Source of the DNA: Candidatus Woykebacteria bacterium
Lineage (GTDB): Bacteria; Patescibacteriota; Microgenomatia; Woykebacterales; RBG-16-39-9b
Direction: 5' to 3'
Length of the DNA stretch: 64,000 bases
Assembly (NCBI GenBank): GCA_040876345.1
Contig: JBBDPM010000001.1
Location: forward strand, 33,619 to 97,618
The notes below the pieces were generated by a model, which saw only the letters and a program-made list of their open reading frames with translations, ran no database searches and was not told the DNA's origin. Made by a program: the position numbers and the translations under genes. Numbering within the stretch: position 1 is the stretch's first letter; each line of letters begins with the position of its first letter. This document shows, piece by piece, positions 52,036 to 59,620 of the stretch.

Positions 52036-52583
52036 AAATACCAAAGGAAGCAAAAAGAGTCTTCGAAGGGATTATTTTTGATGTTTATCACTGGAAACAG
52101 AAAATGTTTGATGGTAGTACTACAACCTTTGAAGCTTTAAAAAGACCCGATACTATACAAATAATTCCTGTCTTTGATGGAAAGATTCTACTTTCTTATG
52201 AAGAACAGCCAAACCGACCAGCCACTTATACTTTTTTAGGTGGGCGGCAAGAAAAAGATGAAGACCAATTAGTTACAGCCAAAAGAGAATTACTCGAAGA
52301 AACTGGTTTGGAATCAGATGATTGGGAATTGTTCAAAGTTTACGACGTTGAGGCCAAGATTGAATGGCAAATTTACTTATTTATTGCAAGGAATTGTAAA
52401 AAGACTACTGAACCTTCGCTAGATGCAGGTGAAAAGATTGAGGTAAAAGCAGTAGATTTTGAAGAATTCTTGAACCTCGCCGCCCAAGAAACTTTTTGGG
52501 GAACAGAAATAGCTAATGATATTTTTCGAATGAAAGAGAACAAGGCTAAGTTGGAGGAGTTTAGTAAAAAGCTACTTGGTTAA
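52032..52583 (+). CDS. NUDIX hydrolase
   Basis: GGRQEKDE...AKRELLEETG. Confidence 0.92.
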   Translation: MKIPKEAKRVFEGIIFDVYHWKQKMFDGSTTTFEALKRPDTIQIIPVFDGKILLSYEEQPNRPATYTFLGGRQEKDEDQLVTAKRELLEETGLESDDWELFKVYDVEAKIEWQIYLFIARNCKKTTEPSLDAGEKIEVKAVDFEEFLNLAAQETFWGTEIANDIFRMKENKAKLEEFSKKLLG

Positions 52584-52668
52584 AGAACCTGTTTAAGTTG
52601 TTAGGACTGAAATCGAAGGAATTCAAAGTTGGCCAGAGGTTCCTTAAATCGTCCAACAAGGCCGACCA
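52561..52668 (+). repeat. Array repeat 7
   Basis: Minus strand reads WSALLDDLRNLWPTLNSFDFSPNNLNRFFNQVAFY*. Confidence 0.9.
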
Positions 52669-52730
52669 ATGTATTTGAATTCCGAACTTCTCTGAACCCT
52701 GAGTAGAATCGAACTTCAGAAGCTATTTTT

Positions 52731-53072
52731 TTATTTGAAAGTGTTTTGAATTGAATTTTCCATAAGTATGTTTGCATACACACCTACTAGATAGAAAATG
52801 AGGAACGGTCCAATTAAAAGAGCCAAACTAACAATTAATCCGTAACCAACCTTTACTCCTTGCTTTGACTTTCCTTTCAGAAAAAACCAAAACCACCAAC
52901 TAACAAATGCAAAAAGTAAAAACATAATTACTGGCCAGTATTGTGTTAAAGGGTTTGGCTTATTAATTTCCAAATCAGAATAAAGCGTGTTTATCCGAGA
53001 GGAGATAAAAAGATAAAATAAAATAGCTAACGTGTTTACAATTGCTGCAATCAAAGTGACGATAGAAGCCAT
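52731..53072 (-). CDS. Membrane protein with three TM segments
   Basis: Hydrophobic 113 aa ORF, the only gene of cassette 8. Confidence 0.65.
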   Translation of the reverse strand: MASIVTLIAAIVNTLAILFYLFISSRINTLYSDLEINKPNPLTQYWPVIMFLLFAFVSWWFWFFLKGKSKQGVKVGYGLIVSLALLIGPFLIFYLVGVYANILMENSIQNTFK

Positions 53073-53080
53073 TAACTAAA

Positions 53081-53255
53081 TCATAGCAAAGAAACTTCAA
53101 AAAAGCGATTTAGGTTCTGAAGACTAAAATCAAAAGAGTTTAAGGAAGGCCAGAGGTTCCTGTAGTTCGAAAGAACGCAAGATTATAGCTAAGCTAATCT
53201 TTAATCGCTTGCCCTCGCGAAGCCTCGGCGAAGCAGGGTCCAACAAGGCCGACCA
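53081..53255 (+). repeat. Array repeat 8, interrupted by two hairpin inserts (net 70 bp, frame-breaking)
   Basis: WSALLD[insert]D[insert]RNLWPSLNSFDFSLQNLNRFFEVSLL*. Confidence 0.85.
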
Positions 53256-53294
53256 GCTCACGTCGCCACACTTGACACGGCCAATTTATATGTT

Positions 53295-53310
53295 ATGCTG
53301 TATACAGCAT
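53295..53310. promoter_or_regulatory. Palindromic operator of the TA operon
   Basis: Perfect palindrome atgctgtatacagcat overlapping the -10 and ATG; TTGACA upstream. Confidence 0.6.
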
Positions 53311-53575
53311 GAAAAGAACTCAAGTTTACTTCTCAGAAGCAACGATAGAAATTATTAAACGGGAGGCCAAAGAGAATAACACTACGATGGCCGCGGTCAT
53401 ACGCGAGAAAGTAGAAAAAGAGACAAAGAAACCAGCCGAAAAAGGGATAAATGACGCGCTAAAAGCAGTAAAAGAAATCTCCAATCTTAGGTTGCCTACT
53501 ATGCACCCTGCCAAAATGAAGGAGATCCTCGCCGAATCCCACGGAAGGACCTATGACATATTATCTGGACGCTAA
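53309..53575 (+). CDS. Ribbon-helix-helix antitoxin
   Basis: MKRTQVY...MAAVIRE. Confidence 0.8.
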   Translation: MKRTQVYFSEATIEIIKREAKENNTTMAAVIREKVEKETKKPAEKGINDALKAVKEISNLRLPTMHPAKMKEILAESHGRTYDILSGR

Positions 53576-53969
53576 TATTTTTATTTACGCAAGCAATCCT
53601 GACGATCCCAATTTTGAAACTTGCTCAAGTATCTTAAAAAGAGTTGGTTTAAGAGAAATTAAGGCCGTAACTTCAACTGAGACGATTCAGGAGATTATTT
53701 TCTACTCTCAAAAATTTAAAAATGTAAAGGCAGGAATTGCAATTGCAAGCGGAGCGTTAAAAATCGCCCATCAAATTCTGTCTATTGATCTTAATGTAAC
53801 CCACAGGTATTTAGATCTGGTAGCCTTATACCCAAATATTGACAGCCGGGACAATCTACATACCGCAACTTGTCTGGTTAATAATATAGACACTATAGTC
53901 TCCGCTGATAAATCACTAGACAAAATCAAAGAAATAAAACGGGTGGATCCGAAGATTTTTATTCCTTAA
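53553..53969 (+). CDS. VapC PIN domain toxin
   Basis: LDANIFIY, TIQEI, RDNLH.AT, SADK. Confidence 0.9.
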   Translation: MTYYLDANIFIYASNPDDPNFETCSSILKRVGLREIKAVTSTETIQEIIFYSQKFKNVKAGIAIASGALKIAHQILSIDLNVTHRYLDLVALYPNIDSRDNLHTATCLVNNIDTIVSADKSLDKIKEIKRVDPKIFIP

Positions 53970-54000
53970 AACACACATAAACTAACGGGGTGAATAGATT

Positions 54001-54435
54001 ATGAAAAATACCACCAAAAAAACCGCGGCTGGCAAGACATTCACGGACGAGGAACGAGCCGCGATGAAGGAGCGTATCCAAGAGCTGAGGGCGGACAAAA
54101 CGGACGGGGAAAGCGACGTGCTCGCAAAGATCGCCGAGATGCCGGAACCGGATCGCGCCATGGGCAAGCGGCTCCATGCTATCATCAAAGCCAGCGCGCC
54201 AGAACTCTTGCCGAAAACCTGGTACGGGATGCCCGCCTATGCCAACAAGGATGGCAAGGTTGTCTGCTTCTTCCAAAGCGCGCACAAGTTCAAATACAGA
54301 TACGCGACATTCGGCTTCAACGACGCGGCGAACCTAGACGAAGGCCACATGTGGCCGACCTCCTTCGCGCTGAAGGAGTTGACTGCCGCCGAAGAGGCAA
54401 AGATCGGCGCCCTCGTGAAGAAAGCGGTGAGCTGA
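54001..54435 (+). CDS. DUF1801 (YdhG-like) protein, GC-rich
   Basis: [26 protein letters not shown]. Confidence 0.88.
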   Translation: MKNTTKKTAAGKTFTDEERAAMKERIQELRADKTDGESDVLAKIAEMPEPDRAMGKRLHAIIKASAPELLPKTWYGMPAYANKDGKVVCFFQSAHKFKYRYATFGFNDAANLDEGHMWPTSFALKELTAAEEAKIGALVKKAVS

Positions 54436-54519
54436 GAACTGAGCGTGCCACTGGGCCCCGCCAACTGTCTGATGAAGAAATGATGTCAACTACAGGTAGG
54501 TTTAAACTTTCAGACCATA

Positions 54520-54618
54520 CTAAATTGTAGAATAGAATCTGTTTAGGTCAGTAAAACTGAAATCTAAAGAGTTCATCTGAGGCCAGAGGTTCCTAATACC
54601 GTCTAACAAGGCCGACCA
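54520..54618 (+). repeat. Array repeat 9
   Basis: Minus strand reads WSALLDGIRNLWPQMNSLDFSFTDLNRFYSTI*. Confidence 0.88.
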
Positions 54619-54740
54619 ACAAAGGTAGCGCTCCATATAAATCTGTTATTTTTGGGATAGAGCACCTCCAGCAATCTAAATCTGAGTATTCCTATTTTTT
54701 TTATCTTCAAAATTACTTGAAGGAAGTTCAAAAAATGGTT

Positions 54741-55358
54741 TTACTGCAGATTTTCTAAGAAAAGTTGCTTGTCCGCTGGACTAACTTGATCTAATTGTTG
54801 ATCAAATAATTTATAGCCCATCTGCTCAAATGTTTCTAAATTTTCATCTTCCAAAAAAACCATTTTTTCGTTCGGTGTTTCAAGAATAATAATGCAGCCG
54901 ATCTCTCTATTTTTGTATTGTGGGAGCAAGCGATCTACAAATCCTTCGCTTTTGATAAGTGCGAACTCCAAGGCCTTGATGCTCACGTCTTTAGGTTCGT
55001 ATTTGCTAATTAAATCTAACACCTCTGGTTTTTGAAGGACTGTGATTTTACCTTCGTACTCTTCAATCCACGTCCCGTGGCAGAACAAATTTGCTTCATC
55101 AGGATTGACTGGAAGATAATGAGTTTCCCATGTTGAGCCACCCATATGCCCGACTAGCTTTCTTTGTCTTTGGACTTTGATAGGCTTGGAGCAGGCATAG
55201 CCAGCCCCTCCAGGGCTATACTCCGTTACTTCCTTAAATTCAGGCTCGGTTATATTCTCTATCACACTCTTAGGCGTGTACCCGTAGTAGTTATATGTAA
55301 ACCAGCTTACTAATAAAATAGCCGCAAGAATTATTAAAGCGATAAATTTTTTATTCAT
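54741..55358 (-). CDS. Membrane-anchored hypothetical protein
   Basis: N-terminal TM; start at MNKKF. Confidence 0.65.
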   Translation of the reverse strand: MNKKFIALIILAAILLVSWFTYNYYGYTPKSVIENITEPEFKEVTEYSPGGAGYACSKPIKVQRQRKLVGHMGGSTWETHYLPVNPDEANLFCHGTWIEEYEGKITVLQKPEVLDLISKYEPKDVSIKALEFALIKSEGFVDRLLPQYKNREIGCIIILETPNEKMVFLEDENLETFEQMGYKLFDQQLDQVSPADKQLFLENLQ

Positions 55359-55474
55359 AAAGTTAAGTTTATTTAACACAATTCTATCTTATAAAATCCT
55401 CAATTGAAACCCCAACCCCTTTCCTTACCGCCCCGCCCGAGCGGTTTGGTTTCTGCCGCACCACAGGCACGGCA

Positions 55475-55528
55475 TCATTCAGGATGTTGTTCAAAAAAGA
55501 TTCGAGCAGCGTTCAGTGATCGCGACCA
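55475..55528 (+). repeat. Divergent terminal array boundary (repeat 10)
   Basis: Ends in CGACCA; minus strand reads WSRSLNAARIFFEQHPE*. Confidence 0.6.
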
Positions 55529-55610
55529 TATAGTAAAAGTATAAAGAGTTGCTAGTATCAACTTTTTGTGATACTGTTCAATCAAGACACCCTGCGTCCA
55601 AACTGCCCTT

Positions 55611-56525
55611 ATGGATTTTAACCATCTTATCGCCGAAGCGTATAAAATTACACTGAAAAACAAAGTTCTCTGGATTTTTGGTGTAGTTGTTGCGGTTTTT
55701 GGCGGTTTTCCCCAAGTCTTTACTTACAACTTTAATTTCCCGGTTGGGCCCACAGGCTCTGCAGAAATGGAAAAAAGTGCACAGAATATGCCCAAGGCTA
55801 TGCAGTTTTTGGAGTTTGTAGATCCTTCTAAACTGCTTTTATTAGTGGGGCTAGCCTTGATAATTTTTTTAACCCTGTTTTTAGTTTCAATATACCTGCA
55901 GACATGGGCAACCGCTGCTCTTATCTCCCAAACTCTGGGTGTTTTGAAGGGTGAGTCAATCGACTTTAAAAAAGGAAGTTTGGCCGGGGAGAAATATTTT
56001 TCAAGAATTCTGCTGTTTAGATTTATTCTGATGGCACCACTCCTGCCAATAATCTTAGTTCTTGTCGGCGTCCCTTTAATGTTCTTCTTAGCAGATTTAA
56101 AACTGTTTGCCGCTATTTTTATGATACTAGACATTTTGATTCTTATAATAGGGCTGATAGCTTATTCGGTAGTAGTTGGAATTGTTTCTGAATTTGGATT
56201 TAGAAGAATGATAGAGCGTGATTTAGGAGTAGTCGAATCTGCTAAGCAAGGCTGGGAATTGTTTAGAGAAAATCTGGGAACAAGCCTTACTGTTTGGATA
56301 GTAAACCTTGCCCTAAGTTTTGTGATTAGCCTACCAATCTCAATTTTGGTATTTATTTTTGTGGTTTTGGGTATCCCATTTTTCATGGTTAACCCTTGGC
56401 TTATCGTAGTTCCAGTCCTCGCGTTTTTAGCAGTGGGTACCTTTGTTGGTGGCCTCTGGAATGTGTTTCTCTTCTCCTACTGGAGCCTAGCTTACAACAG
56501 GGTTTCAAGAAAAGGTGAGTCTTGA
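55611..56525 (+). CDS. Multi-pass membrane protein
   Basis: 304 aa with about six TM segments; NKVLWIFG, SAKQGWELFREN. Confidence 0.8.
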   Translation: MDFNHLIAEAYKITLKNKVLWIFGVVVAVFGGFPQVFTYNFNFPVGPTGSAEMEKSAQNMPKAMQFLEFVDPSKLLLLVGLALIIFLTLFLVSIYLQTWATAALISQTLGVLKGESIDFKKGSLAGEKYFSRILLFRFILMAPLLPIILVLVGVPLMFFLADLKLFAAIFMILDILILIIGLIAYSVVVGIVSEFGFRRMIERDLGVVESAKQGWELFRENLGTSLTVWIVNLALSFVISLPISILVFIFVVLGIPFFMVNPWLIVVPVLAFLAVGTFVGGLWNVFLFSYWSLAYNRVSRKGES

Positions 56526-57021
56526 GTTGCAGCATCAGAATAATATAGTACCTGCACAATCTGCCAATTGCTAATCAACTGCAAAAGACTTAATGTCCTG
56601 AGCAAGGGTATTTTTCTTCTTATAAGACAGCTCGTTCTTAGTACTTTCCCGAATCAGTTTATTTAGTATCTTTTGGTGTACCTCCCCTCTTTATTTTTTA
56701 TAGGTACAATATTTATTAGTAGGGTCTTTAGCGTAGCGTTTCTTTGTTTCTTCTGAGGTTATTTTTTTGTTTTTCCAGTCATTTATTATGTCAAAAATTA
56801 ATCTCTCCCCTTACTACGTAAGGGAAGAGAGACAAAAAAAATTAGAAAAGTAGCCTCAAAAATCCCTAAAAACTATGGCCGCGCGCGGCCACAAAAGTTG
56901 TGTCTTTTTTACATAGTATTTAGGGTACCTGTCAATTTAACGTCTTGACGATGGTGGTCGTTAATACTAAGATCTTGGTACTTTAATTTAATCTGCCTTC
57001 CGAGAGGAGGTTTTTTATTTT

Positions 57022-58050
57022 ATGGATACAAAAAAGATTGAAGCGATAAAAGCAGCCATGGGGGAAATTGAGAAACAATTTGGTAAAGGTTCTATTATGC
57101 AGCTTGGTGAAGCAGCCGCCAAAATGGATATCTCCGCAATTCCGACTGGCTCTTTAGGACTAGATCTTGCTTTGGGGATTGGTGGCCTTCCAAGGGGCAG
57201 AATAGTCGAAATCTTTGGTCCAGAAGGAGGCGGAAAAACTACACTAGCACTTCATGTAATTGCAGAGTCTCAAAAAAAGGGCGGAACCGCCGCTTTTATC
57301 GATGCCGAACACGCTTTGGATCCCTCTCGTGCTGAAAAAATCGGCGTAAATATTAAAGACCTTCTTGTTTCACAACCAGATACTGGTGAGCAAGCTCTGG
57401 AAATTGTCGAAACTTTAGTGAGAAGCGGGGCGCTTGATGTAGTGGTAGTAGACTCAGTTGCTGCGCTTGTGCCAAGAGCCGAAGTTGAGGGGGAGATGGG
57501 GGATTCTTTCATGGGAATTCAGGCTCGTCTTATGAGCCAGGCCATGAGAAAACTCGCTTCTGCAATTTCAAAATCTAGGACGTTGGCAATATTTATAAAT
57601 CAGCTCCGCGAAAAAATCGGCGTGATGTTTGGCAACCCAGAGGTTACTCCTGGTGGCCGGGCCTTAAAATTCTATTCTTCCGTTCGAATCGATATCCGTC
57701 GGATAGAATCCATAACTGATGGTCCTACTACTATTGGTAACAGAGTTCGAGCTAAAATCGTCAAAAACAAAGTTGCCCCACCTTTCCGCCAAGCAGAGTT
57801 TGACATAATGTTTGACCGGGGAATTTCGAGGGAAGGCTCGACCTTGGATGCTGCAGTTGAAACTGGCGTGATCAAAAAAACAGGTGGTTGGTTCTCTTAT
57901 GGAGAGCAAAACATCGCTCAAGGAAGAGAAGCTGCGAAGGGGTATTTGGAGGAACATGCTAAAGTAGCTTCCGAAGTTGAGAAAAAGGTAAAAGAAAATT
58001 ACGCAAAAGGTACCTCAGCTCCTCCTTCGAAAGAAGAAGAATCCGAATAG
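57022..58050 (+). CDS. recA: Recombinase A
   Basis: [23 protein letters not shown]. Confidence 0.99.
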   Translation: MDTKKIEAIKAAMGEIEKQFGKGSIMQLGEAAAKMDISAIPTGSLGLDLALGIGGLPRGRIVEIFGPEGGGKTTLALHVIAESQKKGGTAAFIDAEHALDPSRAEKIGVNIKDLLVSQPDTGEQALEIVETLVRSGALDVVVVDSVAALVPRAEVEGEMGDSFMGIQARLMSQAMRKLASAISKSRTLAIFINQLREKIGVMFGNPEVTPGGRALKFYSSVRIDIRRIESITDGPTTIGNRVRAKIVKNKVAPPFRQAEFDIMFDRGISREGSTLDAAVETGVIKKTGGWFSYGEQNIAQGREAAKGYLEEHAKVASEVEKKVKENYAKGTSAPPSKEEESE

Positions 58051-58059
58051 AGTCGGGGC

Positions 58060-58091
58060 CGCCTGAGAAGCGAGAGACTGCTTCTCAGGCG
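58060..58091. terminator. Hairpin between convergent recA and the neighbouring gene
   Basis: cgcctgagaagc...gcttctcaggcg. Confidence 0.6.
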
Positions 58092-58123
58092 TTGGCCAGC
58101 ACTCCTTCCCCTAAGCGTTACAA

Positions 58124-58516
58124 CTAGGCGACCAAGATGACATTGGTACTGCGCTTCATACCGAAGACGTCGGTGTGGAGGTTGTACCAATTCTCACTCC
58201 ACTTACCCCCGCCTTGTATGCTTCGACGAACTTGCCTGGCGCCTTTGGTCAGATCTCCAGCCAAGTAGACTTTGCTGTCGCCGTGTAGAACTTTGAAAAG
58301 CTCTCCAAGTTCAAGGTCGGCGAGCTTGAACACCAAGATCATCTTGGTGCCTGGTTCTATGGAAACTGTCTCCCCGTGCTCTTGGGTCTGGAAGATGGCG
58401 GGAGAGCCGTCCGAAGAAGGAGTGGTAAGTGTCCACACCTCGTTACCATCCGCAGCAACCACCCTGGACCCTTCTCTTAGATCTTTGACAGCCGTTGTTA
58501 ATGCTGTCGTTGGCAT
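58124..58516 (-). CDS. Hypothetical protein between recA and recX
   Basis: ATG at 58516 with GGAGGTG Shine-Dalgarno; the frame is open to 58684. Confidence 0.55.
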   Translation of the reverse strand: MPTTALTTAVKDLREGSRVVAADGNEVWTLTTPSSDGSPAIFQTQEHGETVSIEPGTKMILVFKLADLELGELFKVLHGDSKVYLAGDLTKGARQVRRSIQGGGKWSENWYNLHTDVFGMKRSTNVILVA

Positions 58517-58802
58517 GTGACACCTCCTACTTCCAGAACTCCCCCCCACCGCTTGGGCGGTTTTGGGGGTTGTTGAATGTTGGGCTTTTGGATGGTCAGC
58601 CTTCTCACCTGGTGGCCAGTCACGTTGAAACGCCCACTCCTGGTCATCGACCAAAATTTTGTCGCCAGGCGACAGCTGTCCCACGAACCTTAGTTCCGTT
58701 GGCGGCGTAATCTTACCCCTTTCCCGCGTCTGCGCTGATAGCCGAAACCTCCCCGCCTATGGGCCATCTTATACCACAATTGCATGGTATAATCAAGCGG
58801 AT

Positions 58803-59480
58803 ATGAAAATTACTAATATTGAGCCGCAGAAGAAAAAGCAGCGGTTTAATATTTTTTTGAACGGGGAGTTTAGTTTTGGAGTATCGGCTGACGTGTTGTT
58901 TGAGGAAAAATTGAAAGTTGGAAGGGATTTGGATGAAAGTGAAGTATCCAAGGTAATCGAGCAAGATCAGACTAAGCGGCTGCTCGATAAATCCTTGAGA
59001 CTTTTGTCGTATAGGCCCCGCAGTGAAAAAGAAGTTCGTGATTATTTACTCCGCAAGCAAAAAATAAAGGAAATTGAAAAATCTGAAGTAGAAAAAGCCC
59101 AATATGAAAAATCAATTGAAAGAGTTATCAGTCGGCTTAAAGATTTAGATCAGATCGATGATAAAGAATTTGCTCTTTGGTGGGCCGAGCAGAGGAGTAA
59201 GTTTAAACCACTAGGGCAGAGTTTGATAAAGCTAGAGTTACGGCAGAAAGGAATCGATGTGGATATTATTGAGGAGGTAGCAAAAGGGGCACAGGGGACA
59301 GAAGAGACAAATGGTTCTGAAGTAGAACTAGCGAAAAAGGCGGCTCTTAAAAAATTGGGTAGTTACAAAAATTTAGAAAAAGCAGAATTTAGGGTTAAAA
59401 TGGGGCAGTTTTTAGCAAGAAGAGGTTTTAGCTGGGATATCATCAAAAAGGTCGTTGACACCCTTTCTAAAAAGGGGTAA
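58803..59480 (+). CDS. recX: Regulatory protein RecX
   Basis: LSYRPRSEKE, DDKEFA, LARRGF; start at MKITN. Confidence 0.92.
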   Translation: MKITNIEPQKKKQRFNIFLNGEFSFGVSADVLFEEKLKVGRDLDESEVSKVIEQDQTKRLLDKSLRLLSYRPRSEKEVRDYLLRKQKIKEIEKSEVEKAQYEKSIERVISRLKDLDQIDDKEFALWWAEQRSKFKPLGQSLIKLELRQKGIDVDIIEEVAKGAQGTEETNGSEVELAKKAALKKLGSYKNLEKAEFRVKMGQFLARRGFSWDIIKKVVDTLSKKG

Positions 59481-59620
59481 AATGAGGCTGAAAGTTTTAT
59501 AAACTTTCTTGTTATATCAATCAATTTCTCCCCATTAGCTAAAGATGGGGGGAGCTCTGCTCCGTTGTTAAATTATTATGGCCAATCTTGATTTAGAAAG
59601 GTTTAAGGTGAAAATTTCTT

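Larger units (their letters stand above)
37731..55528 (+). mobile_element. tRNA-anchored tandem array of ten gene cassettes; no integrase in the window
   Basis: Direct repeats ending in the tRNA 3' end at 38248, 40399, 42860, 44805, 46240, 50516, 52668, 53255, 54618 and 55528, separating unrelated accessory genes. Confidence 0.8.

Noticed and set aside
52601-52783. ORF-track peptide LVGLVGRFKEPLA as the repeat's product
   Set aside because: That frame hits early stops in other copies (for example copy 3). The WSALLDD frame is the conserved one.
38147-54618. Repeats as a CRISPR array
   Set aside because: The intervals are 0.5-4.3 kb and contain genes, the repeats are ~100 bp and divergent, and there are no cas genes.
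37731-55528. Classical integron (intI/attC)
   Set aside because: No tyrosine recombinase in the window, no consistent RYYYAAC...GTTRRRY ends seen, genes lie in both orientations with their own promoters, and boundaries match the tRNA 3' end.
56526-56900. Possible gene remnant and palindromes (tctctccccttac...gtaagggaagagaga, tggccgcgcgcggcca) upstream of recA
   Set aside because: Only short broken frames; no recognisable LexA box or family, so nothing can be supported.
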